Assembly (NCBI GenBank): GCA_964437225.1
Contig: CAYTFY010000003.1
Location: 609,077-673,076, forward strand
Source: an uncultured Gemmatimonadaceae bacterium
Lineage (GTDB): Bacteria > Gemmatimonadota > Gemmatimonadetes > Gemmatimonadales > Gemmatimonadaceae
Direction: 5' to 3'
Length of the DNA: 64,000 bases
Shown here: positions 26,904 through 37,761 of the stretch, piece after piece
Position numbering within the stretch: position 1 is the stretch's first letter
Layout of the letters: each line of letters begins with the position of its first letter
The notes under the pieces: generated by a model
Told to the model about the DNA's origin: nothing
Database searches by the model: none
Seen by the model: only the letters and a program-made list of their open reading frames with translations
Translations under genes and position numbers: made by a program

Positions 26904-28583
26904 ATGCCTTTCTCTCGTAGACAATTTATCCATCGTTGCTCATCCGTTGCGACACTGAGCGCAATCAGCGGACAGCATCTTTACGCGTCTTCCTTCGCGA
27001 AAGGCTCTGGAGCATCGACCAGCCCGCCAATCACAACGCGTGCCGCCTCTCTTGCCGACCCTGAATTGGTACGGAAGTTAGCGCTCCAGGCGATCGACGC
27101 TGCACGACAGGCCGGTGCAACATATGCTGATGTACGACTGACCCGAATTGTGTCGCAGTCGTTCATCAACGGAGAATTTCAGAGTGACCGAGAGACGGTG
27201 GGAATCGGTGTGCGAACCCTGGTGAACGGATATTGGGGATTTTCGGCGAGTCCATTCTGGGAGGGCGATGAAGGTGCGCTCTTGGCGCGTGATGCTGTCG
27301 CGCAGGCGTCGGCCAACGCGACAGGAAGTGCTCGAACCGTGGATATGGGGACCGTCCCCGCCATCGTAAATGGCACATGGACGACTCCAATCCGCAGAGA
27401 TCCATTTACAATCCCATTGGAAGAAAAACTCGACATGCTTTCCTCGATCATGGCGTACGCAGGAGCGTATGGAAAAGCCAGAAGCGTTGGCCAGAAAGAA
27501 TCTGGTCCTCAACTGGCAGTAACGATTGAGCGGGAAGAGCGTTCGGTGGCGACTACGGACGGTTCGTATTTTACACAAGTATTATACAATACTGGCGGCT
27601 CGCTCGAATACACGATGCAAGACCGCCAATATCAGGGGCAATCTGACAAGCTTCCGCTATGGACATCCTTCGCGCAGGGACTCACCAAAGCGCAAGGCGG
27701 TTGGGAAATCGTCGAGGATGCGAACCTTTACGCTCAGATTCCTCGACTCTACGCAGAGTGCGACGAACAGGTTGGGCTTCCGGTCAAGCCGGTGGATGTC
27801 GGTAGGCACACAATAGTCTTTGACGCCGCGAGCTCGGCGAGCCTAGTTGATCAAACCATTGGAATAGCCACAGAGCTAGATCGCGCTCTGGGATATGAAG
27901 CCAACGCGGGCGGCACAAGTTACCTCACAGACCCCGTCGAGATGCTCGGTACATATTCGTTTGGGACGCCGTTGCTTACCGTTACAGCCGATCGCACATC
28001 TCCTGGCGCGCTGGCAACCGTGAAATGGGACGATGAAGGCGTCACGCCTGATACATGCACACTCGTCTCCAACGGCACTCTCACGGATTTTCAGACGACG
28101 CGGGAGCAAGCGACGTGGCTTGCACCGTGGTATGCGCGTCAGGGACACCCGGTGCGTTCCCATGGATGCGCCGGAGCAGACTCTGCGCTTTCGATTCCAA
28201 TGCAACACGCACCCAACCTTATTTTGGCCCATGGACATGAAGACGTTGGATTAGAAAATCTTGTGTCGAATACGGCGAAAGGCTTTCTGATGATGCGCGG
28301 TCGCTTTTCGACTGACTTTCAGGCGAGAAACGGCTTTGGGAGTGGGATTTTAAGAGAAATTAAGAATGGAAAGTTAGGAAATCATGTTGCCGGTGGAGGA
28401 GTTTTATTCAATACATCTGAATTATGGAAAAGTTTGATAACGATCGGTGGCTCTCGATCCGCTGAATGGTTCGCGATGCGGCGGGAGAAAGGACAGCCTG
28501 TACAACACACGAATCACAGCGTTCGTGCCGTACCATTTACCGCAAAAGAGATTGCGGTCATTGATCCGCGGAGAAAGGCATGA
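26904..28583 (+). CDS. Tat-signal TldD-like protein, HExxxH-less (cassette 2)
   Basis: Start at MPFSRRQFIHRCSSVATLSAISG. The ORF-track N-extension overlaps the previous gene and is rejected. Contains GATYADVRLTR...IGVRTLVNGYWGFSAS, LVDQTIGIATELDRALGYEANAGGTSYL and KGQPVQHTNHSVRAVPF. Confidence 0.85.
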   Translation: MPFSRRQFIHRCSSVATLSAISGQHLYASSFAKGSGASTSPPITTRAASLADPELVRKLALQAIDAARQAGATYADVRLTRIVSQSFINGEFQSDRETVGIGVRTLVNGYWGFSASPFWEGDEGALLARDAVAQASANATGSARTVDMGTVPAIVNGTWTTPIRRDPFTIPLEEKLDMLSSIMAYAGAYGKARSVGQKESGPQLAVTIEREERSVATTDGSYFTQVLYNTGGSLEYTMQDRQYQGQSDKLPLWTSFAQGLTKAQGGWEIVEDANLYAQIPRLYAECDEQVGLPVKPVDVGRHTIVFDAASSASLVDQTIGIATELDRALGYEANAGGTSYLTDPVEMLGTYSFGTPLLTVTADRTSPGALATVKWDDEGVTPDTCTLVSNGTLTDFQTTREQATWLAPWYARQGHPVRSHGCAGADSALSIPMQHAPNLILAHGHEDVGLENLVSNTAKGFLMMRGRFSTDFQARNGFGSGILREIKNGKLGNHVAGGGVLFNTSELWKSLITIGGSRSAEWFAMRREKGQPVQHTNHSVRAVPFTAKEIAVIDPRRKA

Positions 28584-29959
28584 GTAGCCATCAAACCGAT
28601 CGGCCACAATCTCGATTTCTCTCTCGAGACGAATGTCGGGCTATTGCCAACCGCACTGCGCGCATGGCGGTTGGCGGTGGGATTACAGCAGTGCAAATCC
28701 AAAGCGCGTGGAACGGAAATCTCCGTTGGGCCCGGAATCAAGTGAGTACATCCGGTGATGTGCGCAACAACGAGATCAGTGTGGGACGCAGCATCAACGG
28801 CGCAGGCGCGGGAATGTCGTTGAATATGATTGATGACATCGCTCTGGAAGCCGCCGTGCGCCGAGCCGAGCGGATCATTCCATTTCAATCAGTCAACCTG
28901 GAAAGCCATTTCCCAAAGATTCCAAGACACGAAGCACACGCCACTCCAGATATCTGGAGCGATGTGACCTATAATCTGAGCGCAACACGACGAGCGGAAA
29001 TCATGCGACAACTCACCGAATCGGTGGAACATGCCGGGTTGCGTGCTGCAGGATATATCGATGTCTCAGCTCAAGGGCGCGCGGTCATGGATGACGAAAG
29101 CACATCCATGTATTACCCTTACACTAGCGCCCAATATTCGATTACAGTTCGAAATCCTAAAGGGACTGGGAGCGGATGGGCTGGGATCGATTATGCCGAT
29201 TGGAGTAAGATCGATACGGACCGGATTTCGTCAATTGCAATCGAGAAATGTATTCGTTCGCAGAATCCGGTGAGAATTGAACCCGGGCGCTATACCGCCA
29301 TTCTCGAACCGCAGGCGGTCTGTGATTTCGTCCAGCTCTTGTTTGATCCTGGGACGCTCGATCGCATGAGAGCTGAGAATAGTATCAGCGTTTATAGTGG
29401 ATCAAACGGTGATTCCCGAATCGGTGACCGTCTATTCGATGAGCGAATCACAGTAACGACCGATTGCATGAACCCTGAGTTGGGATTTGTGCCATTTGCT
29501 TCGAACGGAGAGATCTATTATCCGGCCACTTGGGTCGAAGCAGGGGTGTTGCGCGCGCTCTCGTATAGTCGCCGATACGGCGTCGAGAACCTCGGGAAAA
29601 ACACAGGATTGCCTGCATCAGGCGCATTTCATATGAGTGGTGGTACGACGAGTCTCGAGGAAATGATTTCCACCACTAAACGCGGTGTGCTCGTGACACG
29701 TTTTACCAACGTTACTGTCCTCGATGAAGTCTCGATGCTCTCTGCAGGATATACACGCGATGGCCTCTGGCTGATCGAGAATGGAAAAATCAGCAAACCC
29801 GTCTGGAACTTTCGATTTACCGAGTCTCCGATGTTCGCGTTGAACAACATCGAACAGCTTGGAGTGCCACAAAGAGTGTTTCATCCTTCTGCGCCTGTTG
29901 TCGTCCCTTCGTTAAAGGTCCGGGATTTCAGCTTTACCAGTCTGTCGGACGCGATATAA
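28580..29959 (+). CDS. PmbA/TldE-like protein, no signal peptide (cassette 2)
   Basis: ATGA overlap with the TldD-like stop. Contains AWNGNLRWARNQVSTSGDVRN, GRYTAILEPQAV, KRGVLVTRF and RFTESPMFALNN. Confidence 0.85.
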   Translation: MSSHQTDRPQSRFLSRDECRAIANRTARMAVGGGITAVQIQSAWNGNLRWARNQVSTSGDVRNNEISVGRSINGAGAGMSLNMIDDIALEAAVRRAERIIPFQSVNLESHFPKIPRHEAHATPDIWSDVTYNLSATRRAEIMRQLTESVEHAGLRAAGYIDVSAQGRAVMDDESTSMYYPYTSAQYSITVRNPKGTGSGWAGIDYADWSKIDTDRISSIAIEKCIRSQNPVRIEPGRYTAILEPQAVCDFVQLLFDPGTLDRMRAENSISVYSGSNGDSRIGDRLFDERITVTTDCMNPELGFVPFASNGEIYYPATWVEAGVLRALSYSRRYGVENLGKNTGLPASGAFHMSGGTTSLEEMISTTKRGVLVTRFTNVTVLDEVSMLSAGYTRDGLWLIENGKISKPVWNFRFTESPMFALNNIEQLGVPQRVFHPSAPVVVPSLKVRDFSFTSLSDAI

Positions 29960-29999
29960 ATCCCCGTCAAACATGACACCACAATTATGAAATGAACGT

Positions 30000-31445
30000 A
30001 TGCAAAACGAGATCACCCTATTGCGGAACATGACACCCGTCTCGAGCAAGCATGGCCGAATTACGACCGTCCTGTTGTTACTCTGCGTGATGTGGCCTTC
30101 GTTGATGTCGGCGCAGCGGCGATCGGATTCAACACCAAAAACACAGAGAGAGTATGTCGTCTACGATCCTCAACTGGCGTTGCCCTCTGACACTGGACGC
30201 ATGCTTCGTGGACATCGACAGTTCGATCAATATACGCGCCCATCTCAGTGTTATACGGCTGTCCTGCAAATGACAGGAATCCTCTGGCGAACATTTTTGA
30301 TAGATACCATGGAATATAGTGCGATGATCGCGCTCTCGTTTCCGCAACAATCCATCGATGCCGGCCGTAGCTGCCTCGCCTCGCTTGGGAATATGCATTC
30401 TCTGACCGACCCACTCGAATTGGAGTTTCTGCAACGATTAGCCCTGCTCGTGAGCGATGATACCCTGGCCAACAACATCATAGCCTACCGAATGGGCTTC
30501 GCCCGCTCCAACGAAGATTCGGCGAAAGTGCTATGGGACAGCTTTGACAAGTATTTGGACAATAGGCCTCGCCGATTTGAGGCCGCTACGCAAACGCTCG
30601 CACTGTTGGATCGTCTCTCCCCCAATACGTATCAAGCCAGGCTATCAGCGCATTGGCGATTATTGGAAATCTACTCGACGAGTTTCGATCTCGACAAGGT
30701 CAAACAAGAGGGGACGCGCATGCTTGCGATTTGCGCGGAAATGGAAACAAAAGGTATTGTCTTGCAGCATAATGCGTGTGGAAATAATGGCGTCACATGG
30801 TGGGAAATTGACTTGGCTGTCTACAATGATCCATCGCGTGTCCCCCAACTTGCCTCGGCGGCTCTGGATATGAATGAAGCACAACTCCGAGCAATTCCGC
30901 CTGGCAACCCCGCGAGCGATTTTATCGCTCGTGTCGACATGATTGGTCAGCCTGCACCTCCGTTACAGCTTTCTCCGTCCTTCTGGTTTAGATCTGACGG
31001 CACAAAACAGTGGCCCGTCCCCGGAAAAGCGTCATACATTTTGTATACAGAGCAAAACTTTGGCGCGATGAACTATCGAAATGTCGTGCAAATTCGCCGC
31101 GCGTTAGATAAATATGGTTCGTCTGGTTTAGATGTAACGATCATCGTTCCAACCGCTGGATATACTCGTTGGAGCGATAGTCCACCCCAGACTCCGGAAG
31201 AGGAAGCCGAGTCTGTGCGGCAGTATTATCAGGATATACTGAAGGTTCCCGTGTCAGTTGTCGTCGAAGAACTTCCCTTTACTCGAAAGCCCGACGGACG
31301 TCGAGTCAACGAGCGTTCCAAATTTTTGACGATGTATCATGAGTCGATCTCAATCTTGACCGATCGGGCTGGACGAGTGGTGGGAATGAATTTCGTTAGT
31401 GAGGGCGAGTTAAACGCGTATATTCGGCGCGCGTTAAGACGGTGA
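30000..31445 (+). CDS. Cassette-terminal secreted protein, divergent copy (cassette 2)
   Basis: Signal-like start (ITTVLLLLCVMWPSLMSAQ). C-terminal SYILYTEQN...LDVTIIVPTAG...RKPDGRRVNERS...ILTDRAGRVVGMNF has the same layout as the other copies. Confidence 0.65.
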   Translation: MQNEITLLRNMTPVSSKHGRITTVLLLLCVMWPSLMSAQRRSDSTPKTQREYVVYDPQLALPSDTGRMLRGHRQFDQYTRPSQCYTAVLQMTGILWRTFLIDTMEYSAMIALSFPQQSIDAGRSCLASLGNMHSLTDPLELEFLQRLALLVSDDTLANNIIAYRMGFARSNEDSAKVLWDSFDKYLDNRPRRFEAATQTLALLDRLSPNTYQARLSAHWRLLEIYSTSFDLDKVKQEGTRMLAICAEMETKGIVLQHNACGNNGVTWWEIDLAVYNDPSRVPQLASAALDMNEAQLRAIPPGNPASDFIARVDMIGQPAPPLQLSPSFWFRSDGTKQWPVPGKASYILYTEQNFGAMNYRNVVQIRRALDKYGSSGLDVTIIVPTAGYTRWSDSPPQTPEEEAESVRQYYQDILKVPVSVVVEELPFTRKPDGRRVNERSKFLTMYHESISILTDRAGRVVGMNFVSEGELNAYIRRALRR

Positions 31446-31561
31446 AGGGGGGTACCGAGGGATACTGCTTGGATTTCGACTCAGTTTTCAAATGGCGCAA
31501 TAGCTGTTCTGCGAGCTATGGGATCGAGTCAACCCTGGTTTCTCCAGAAGCGGTAAATGCT

Positions 31562-32002
31562 TCAGAAGAGTTCCTCGGCTAGCGCGACGATGATGCCCGC
31601 AGGGCCTCGCATGTAGCAGAGTTTGTACTTGTCCTCGTACTGGGCCACCTCACCGATGAGTTCGGCGCCGTTGGCTTGCAGGCGAGCGACGGTGTCGTCG
31701 ACGCTGTCGACGGTAAACATGACGCTCCGGAGGCCCAGCGTGTTTGGTGGTGCGATTGCCGGTTTGATCTCGACCAGCTTGGGGTTGCGAAACTTGGTCA
31801 GCTCAAGTCGCCCGTGCCCATCTGGGGTCCGCATCATCACGATGTTGACTTGGACACTGTCGATCCCGTTGACTCGGTCTACCCACGGACCTTCGATCGG
31901 TGCCTCGCCGTCGACTGTCATGCCGAGCGCGGTGAAAAAAGCGATAGCGGCGGGAAGATCGTCGACGACGACGCTGATGTGGTCTAATCTCTTGATCATC
32001 AT
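31562..32002 (-). CDS. VOC-family protein (glyoxalase / bleomycin-resistance / dioxygenase fold)
   Basis: Start at MMIKRLDHISVVVDDLPAAIAFFTALGM (ATG ATG at 32002/31999). The second beta-alpha-beta-beta-beta half is LRSVMFTVDSVDDTVARLQANGAELIG. The longer ORF-track N-extension looks non-coding. Confidence 0.85.
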   Translation of the reverse strand: MMIKRLDHISVVVDDLPAAIAFFTALGMTVDGEAPIEGPWVDRVNGIDSVQVNIVMMRTPDGHGRLELTKFRNPKLVEIKPAIAPPNTLGLRSVMFTVDSVDDTVARLQANGAELIGEVAQYEDKYKLCYMRGPAGIIVALAEELF

Positions 32003-32475
32003 GTTTGTAGTATAGCAGAGGTTATGCGTGGCGGTCCAGGTCGACTGTTCATGTGAGGTGGAGTTGGAGGTGGGTTTGCTGAGGGAACGTAGGCAGGGGC
32101 GGGTGCCGCGTTGTCGATACCGACAGATCTCCTTATCTGGAAAGCGAGGTAGCCAATTCCGGAGCGCTGGTGGGATGACAGCGATTCTGTTAGCACGGAT
32201 CACAGTGTTACGCGCTATACGATTCCCCAATGAGTGCGATAGGATCAGGGTTGCCTTTAGGATTAGCCACGGGGACGTGAACCACGATCACGTACAAGAC
32301 AATTCACAACACCGCGATGATGTGAAGTGAAGAGCGACGCTTGGTACCGAGTTTGGGTGCCACGCGTCGTGTCGTCTCAAACATTCCGTAATGCGCTGAG
32401 CTCGCGTGCGTTCTATATGAATTGTTGGTGAGAGAAAGAGATAAGTATATTTTTGCAACCCAAGGATAGCGTTTT

Positions 32476-33135
32476 TTGAATACTCCCTCAAAGTTTGATG
32501 TTGAGTTGTACGGCGCGAACCTTTATGTAATGTCCGTATCGATGGTTTGGAATCAAACGTTCGAGTCCGAAGATACTCCGGCACACGTGCAGGAGCATCT
32601 TCTCGTTGGCCGAATTCGTGATGGCGATGAGCACGCATTTACCGCGATCGTCGCCCAATATCTCGATACCGTCACGCGGTTTGCTTTTTATATCGTCCAA
32701 TCACACGACGTCGCTGAAGACATCGCGCAAAACGTCTTCGTTGCCCTGTGGGAACATCGCGACACGCTGGGCGATATCCGCTCACTGAAGTCTTATTTGT
32801 TGCGCGCCGCGCACAATCGTGCCATCAACGACCAGCGCGCCGCCGGCGTTCGGGAACGGTATCAAACGCATCTCCGGACCGAGCTTGAATTAGGAGGGCT
32901 GCTCGACGACCCCCCTAGTGCCGATGAGAACGAGTGGCCCCTCACCGATTCTCTGGTGCAAACCGCCGTCGATCGCCTCTCGGAACGCCATCGGTTGGCG
33001 CTCCGCCTTAGGATTTTGGACGAAATGACTAATCCGGAGATTGCCGGCATCCTTGGCATTTCCACGGAAGCCGCCCAACGATTGATCAGCCGTGCGATGG
33101 CAAATTTACGAAAATTTCTCCGACCGTCTGAATAA
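32476..33135 (+). CDS. ECF-type sigma factor (cassette 3)
   Basis: Region 2 is DIAQNVFVALWEHRDTL. Region 4 is LSERHRLALRLRILDEMTNPEIAGILGISTEAAQRLISRAMANL. The TTG start is uncertain, and an ATG at 32530 is possible. Confidence 0.8.
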   Translation: MNTPSKFDVELYGANLYVMSVSMVWNQTFESEDTPAHVQEHLLVGRIRDGDEHAFTAIVAQYLDTVTRFAFYIVQSHDVAEDIAQNVFVALWEHRDTLGDIRSLKSYLLRAAHNRAINDQRAAGVRERYQTHLRTELELGGLLDDPPSADENEWPLTDSLVQTAVDRLSERHRLALRLRILDEMTNPEIAGILGISTEAAQRLISRAMANLRKFLRPSE

Positions 33136-33159
33136 GCTCCACTGGCGTGTCTTTGGAGT

Positions 33160-34293
33160 ATGATGAGACCCGGCACGCCGTCTGGTGACACTCCCCCTGA
33201 TGACACACCGTCCAGTCCGGACGGAACGAGTCATGAGTCGCTCGACGATTTAATCGTTCGTTATTGGACGGGCGAAACCTCGGCTGATGAAGCGGCACGG
33301 CTCACGGCTTGGTTCGCGCGTCATCCCGGACGTCAGTCATGGTATGACGACCTTCATCGCCGTCTCCGAAAGGAGAAGTGGACTACCCTCAGCCCCAATG
33401 TCGTCGCGGAACGAACTGTCAACATCGTTCACGCGGCACGCATTCAGGGGAAACAACCATCGACAAACGTCACACCGCGACGGCCGTCATCGTATTGGCG
33501 ATATGTGTTGGGTGGGACGCTGGCAGGAATGCTCTTGTTGAGCGTGTTCTGGCAGCAACGCGTGCCGCAGCGGATCGTGCACGCCACCACTCCGCGCGCG
33601 GGAAATTCTATCTATACTACAGGCAATGGTGAACGCGCACGGGTCACCTTACCCGATGGAAGTACCGTACAGCTCAACGTCGCTAGCCGGCTCGAAGTGC
33701 CATTTGATTATGATCGTGGAAACCGAACTATACGGCTCACGGGCGAAGCGTTGTTTACGGTTGCGCATTATCAAGGAAATCCATTTACCGTCATCACCGA
33801 ACAGAGTACAACCCGAGTGCTCGGCACGAGTTTTATCGTGCGCCAATATGCAACGGATACCGCGGCTGTCGTTGCGGTGCACGACGGAAAAGTCTCGGTT
33901 GAATTCAACTCGGAATCCGTACGCGAATCCATGGGGCGATCTACGCGTAGCGCTCAGCATGGAGCTGTCGTGGTTACCGCGGGATACGAAACCGTCTTGA
34001 TGGCGGGACATATTCCACGGGTCGATACCGCGAATGCGAGGCGCTTTAGTTTTGCTCAAGGCACATTGTCGATCACATCGTTAACACTCCAAGACGCCAT
34101 CCCTGAATTGAATCGATGGTATAACGCCGACATTCGACTTGGAGACTCCACGTTAGCCACGCGACCCGCCTCCGGCTCGTTGGAGGTTGGTTCGATTACC
34201 GATTTGATGTGGCTGCTACACACCGCGTACGACGTGCGTGTCGTCAGGACCGGTCGCGTGGTCACGCTTTATCCTGAGGAGAGTGCACCGTGA
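33160..34293 (+). CDS. FecR-family anti-sigma factor (cassette 3)
   Basis: Contains LIVRYWTGETSADEAARLTAWFARHP. TM segment VLGGTLAGMLLLSVFW. FecR domain (VTLPDGSTVQLNVASRLEV...LTGEALFTV...TRVLGTSFIVRQY). Confidence 0.85.
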   Translation: MMRPGTPSGDTPPDDTPSSPDGTSHESLDDLIVRYWTGETSADEAARLTAWFARHPGRQSWYDDLHRRLRKEKWTTLSPNVVAERTVNIVHAARIQGKQPSTNVTPRRPSSYWRYVLGGTLAGMLLLSVFWQQRVPQRIVHATTPRAGNSIYTTGNGERARVTLPDGSTVQLNVASRLEVPFDYDRGNRTIRLTGEALFTVAHYQGNPFTVITEQSTTRVLGTSFIVRQYATDTAAVVAVHDGKVSVEFNSESVRESMGRSTRSAQHGAVVVTAGYETVLMAGHIPRVDTANARRFSFAQGTLSITSLTLQDAIPELNRWYNADIRLGDSTLATRPASGSLEVGSITDLMWLLHTAYDVRVVRTGRVVTLYPEESAP

Positions 34294-37200
34294 AACCTGA
34301 AGTACAGGGAGCTGAGATGCAGGCAACGATAATACGGGCAACGCGGATGGATCAGACGTTCAGTAAAGGGTATAAACAACGACGATTTACTCCGAATATC
34401 GTCACACTCGTTGCTGCCATCATACAGTTGGGGAGCTTCATCAGCGTCCCATTAGGGGCGCGGGCGGCCACTGTCGTCCCTTCCGTGCAACAGCCAACGA
34501 GGAACGATAGCACTGCCGCTTCAACCGCTTCCCAACCCTCGGCGCAACAGATCCGATTGGTCATGAATGCGAGTGCGTTGCGAACGGTGTTGCTGACGCT
34601 GAGCCAAGAGAGCAAACAGCCGGTGTATTTTACCGATAAAGATCCACGTTTCGATCAACGGATCAGCGTGAACATCACGGCCCCGAACGTCATGGCCGCA
34701 TTCACCGCAGTTCTGAAAGGGACAGGACTCGTCGCGACCTTGGGGCCTGATGGCCGAACCATTGTGATTGCCGGTGTAAAGGGTGCAAAAGTAAATACAA
34801 ATAAAGATGAAGGTATCATTGTCGGCGCCGTCGTCGATTCAGCGACGAAAAAGCCCCTCGCGGGGGTGACGGTCTTGATTCGTGGCACAAAGCTCGGAGC
34901 AACCACCCGGGAGGATGGTCAGTTCCGCTTTACAAACGTTCCGATTGGGTCTCGTGCGGTGGTGGTACGACTGTTGGGATATCACACACGCACCGTCACC
35001 GTCACAGTCACTGCAAGCGACACGGCGCGCGTGGTGGTCGTGCTCCAGCAGTCATCGACCTCGCTGACCGAAGTGGTCACGACCGCGATGGGACAACAAC
35101 GCCGCATCGATATCTCGAACGATGTGGTGACGATTAACGCCGACAAACTCATCGAATCAGCGCCAATCCGAAACGTCACCGATCTTTTGGTCGCCGCGCA
35201 GGTACCGGGAATGATCGTGACAAAAAGTTCAGGGGATCCCAACGCGCCCACTCGTATTCGATTCGGAGGACCTGGAAGCATTTCTCAGAGTAACGACCCG
35301 GTGGTGATCGTTGATGGGATCTGGATCAAATCGTCGTTTTCTACTCCGGATGTACAGCGAGGGCTGGCGACGCTCAATGGCGTTCCCTCGACATACGTAT
35401 TGGGTGGAGGATCACAATATGTCCCCTCTCGGCTTGATGAGATCGATCCCTCGATGATCGAAACGATCGAAATCGTGCGGGGTCCAGCCGCCACTTCTTT
35501 GTATGGACCCGATGCAGCAAATGGAGTGATCCGAATTACCACCAAACGTGGACGAGCGGGGCCGACACGGTGGGACATCACAGCGTTCCGGAATATTGGA
35601 TCACCTGTGGGAAACAAGCCACCAACGTATCAAGGGTATGGGCACACCACTCGGTCATCCGAAACGACGCTCTGCGGGACATTGGAGCTGTCATACGGGG
35701 CATGCATACAGGATTCATTAGTGATATACGATCCTGATAGTCCGCTATTGAATAACGAAGGAGGTACCTATACAAATAGTCTTTCATTGTCGGTGAGCGG
35801 TGGTTCAAACGCATTGACGTATAACGTGACCGGTTCGATGCAAGACGGTATTGGCCCGCGCCGGTTTCCGGGTGCTTTACGCGTAGGACTCCGTCAGATG
35901 GATCTTCCGATGATCTCGAAATTCCAATTGCCCAGCCAAAATCGGACACGCGCATTGTCTGCTCGAATTGGAATGACTCCTCGTCCTGGCTTGGAAGTCT
36001 CGCTCGATTTCAGTGGGAGTCAACGTAATTCGCAAGAAAATACCGTTGACATCGTTGGGCTTGGAGCTCCGGACGACACGATAACGACGCTTCGTCAACC
36101 GGTCACCTTCACACCGAGCCAAAACAATACCACAGTGACGCATGGTACGATGAACGTGTCCACGACATGGAATGCCCGTGCATGGATGAACGCTACCGCG
36201 ACTTTGGGAGTGGATCGGACCTATCAAGACGAAGCCAATACATCGACAGACAAAAATTGTACGGCCGGCGCCGGGTGTATAGTCTTTGGGAGTGGGCAGG
36301 CCGGAGCAACTGGACGGTCATCGGTGTATTCCATGCGCATTCAATCGAACTTCTTCCCGCAGCTTGGATGGGCTGGTCGGTTCATCGCCATCCGTCCAGG
36401 GATCGCGTTTGACGTGCGGCGGGATGTCAACGCTGGATCCGGACTATTTCTCTATTCACCAGTTGGCGGCGCACAACGCACAACGCTCAGTGCTCCTTGG
36501 AGTAATAGTACCGCGCTTGCGGGATTGAGTGTCAACGCCTACGTCACACTCTTCGATCGCATTTCATTCGACCCAGGCTTCCGTCGTGATTTTGCGAGCT
36601 CACGATCATTTCAGAATGCGCAGAAGTCGTATCCTCGATTTGGGACGTCGTGGCTTATTTCCGATGAATCGTTTTTTCCTAAAACACAATGGATCACTCT
36701 CTTGCGGCTCCGTGGCGCATTTGGGTATGCCGCAGTACAGCCGGATCTGGCTGCGGTGCAAGGTGGGTATTTGGGAGGATCAACCATGGTCAACGGGCAA
36801 AGTTATCCCGTCGTTCGTTTCGTCAGACTTGGGAATTCGGGGTTGGCGCCAGAGCGAAGTGTTGAACTCGAAACAGGATTCGACGCGGAGCTATTGGGAG
36901 ATCGTATTTCATTGACGTTTACACACTCCAACAAACGCAACATCAACACGTTGATCAATCGTGTTGTAGCGCCGTCGTCCGGTGTTCCAAACGACCGTCA
37001 AGAGAATGTGGCGCGGATCCTCAATCAGCAAACCACGTTGGAACTCATGACACGTCCGGTCGATCTTCCGAATCTGACGCTGCGTCTTGGCGCTAACATC
37101 GCCGTGCTCAACAACAAGGTCCAAACCCTCGGGCAAGGCGTAAGCCCGTTTGGTCCGGGTGAACAACGGTATGTCGGAGGATATCCTGTTGGTGGATTGT

Positions 37201-37757
37201 GGGCACTTCCACTCCTTGGCGTACACGACATCAATGGAGACGGATACCTGGGGCTCAATGAGTACGATGTCGGTGACACGTTAGTGTACATTGGCTCCAA
37301 TGTGCCGAGGTACACCGTTGGGTACAATATCGAAGTTGGTTTTTTGCAACGGTTCTCGTTCAGTGCCCGGATGGACTATCAAGGAAAAGGCATGCAAAAT
37401 CGCACGATCGACCCTAATAGCTTGCGTGGACGGTGGGATGCGGACGCGTCAATCGCTGAGCAAATGTTGGTGTTCGGATCATGGGCCGCGAGCACCGCTG
37501 CCGACTATCAATCTATCTCGATGCTTCGGTGGCAATCCGCGTCGCTCACGGTGGATCTGCCGAATTCCTGGTTACGTGTCATGCGCGCGCGACGAGCGCA
37601 ACTGTCGTTGCAAGGGAGCAACCTCGGACTCTGGACCAATTATCACGGACGAGATCCCGGTGTGAACTCCACCCCGATTGGTGAACGAACTACCGATAAT
37701 GGATTGGCACTCGGGATTCCGCGTGCGTATGTCGTACAACTACGATTGGGGTATTAA
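34290..37757 (+). CDS. SusC-like TonB-dependent transducer with STN domain (cassette 3)
   Basis: A GTG overlaps the FecR TGA (GTGA); later ATGs at 34317 and 34347 are possible starts. STN (IRLVMNASALRTVLLTLSQESKQPVYF). CarboxypepD_reg (GAVVDSATKKPLAGVTVLIRGTKLG). Plug (DPVVIVDGIWI, IETIEIVRGPAATSLYGPDAANGVIRITTKRG). Barrel end LQGSNLGLWTNYHGRDPGVNS. Confidence 0.9.
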   Translation: MKPEVQGAEMQATIIRATRMDQTFSKGYKQRRFTPNIVTLVAAIIQLGSFISVPLGARAATVVPSVQQPTRNDSTAASTASQPSAQQIRLVMNASALRTVLLTLSQESKQPVYFTDKDPRFDQRISVNITAPNVMAAFTAVLKGTGLVATLGPDGRTIVIAGVKGAKVNTNKDEGIIVGAVVDSATKKPLAGVTVLIRGTKLGATTREDGQFRFTNVPIGSRAVVVRLLGYHTRTVTVTVTASDTARVVVVLQQSSTSLTEVVTTAMGQQRRIDISNDVVTINADKLIESAPIRNVTDLLVAAQVPGMIVTKSSGDPNAPTRIRFGGPGSISQSNDPVVIVDGIWIKSSFSTPDVQRGLATLNGVPSTYVLGGGSQYVPSRLDEIDPSMIETIEIVRGPAATSLYGPDAANGVIRITTKRGRAGPTRWDITAFRNIGSPVGNKPPTYQGYGHTTRSSETTLCGTLELSYGACIQDSLVIYDPDSPLLNNEGGTYTNSLSLSVSGGSNALTYNVTGSMQDGIGPRRFPGALRVGLRQMDLPMISKFQLPSQNRTRALSARIGMTPRPGLEVSLDFSGSQRNSQENTVDIVGLGAPDDTITTLRQPVTFTPSQNNTTVTHGTMNVSTTWNARAWMNATATLGVDRTYQDEANTSTDKNCTAGAGCIVFGSGQAGATGRSSVYSMRIQSNFFPQLGWAGRFIAIRPGIAFDVRRDVNAGSGLFLYSPVGGAQRTTLSAPWSNSTALAGLSVNAYVTLFDRISFDPGFRRDFASSRSFQNAQKSYPRFGTSWLISDESFFPKTQWITLLRLRGAFGYAAVQPDLAAVQGGYLGGSTMVNGQSYPVVRFVRLGNSGLAPERSVELETGFDAELLGDRISLTFTHSNKRNINTLINRVVAPSSGVPNDRQENVARILNQQTTLELMTRPVDLPNLTLRLGANIAVLNNKVQTLGQGVSPFGPGEQRYVGGYPVGGLWALPLLGVHDINGDGYLGLNEYDVGDTLVYIGSNVPRYTVGYNIEVGFLQRFSFSARMDYQGKGMQNRTIDPNSLRGRWDADASIAEQMLVFGSWAASTAADYQSISMLRWQSASLTVDLPNSWLRVMRARRAQLSLQGSNLGLWTNYHGRDPGVNSTPIGERTTDNGLALGIPRAYVVQLRLGY

Positions 37758-37761
37758 ACGA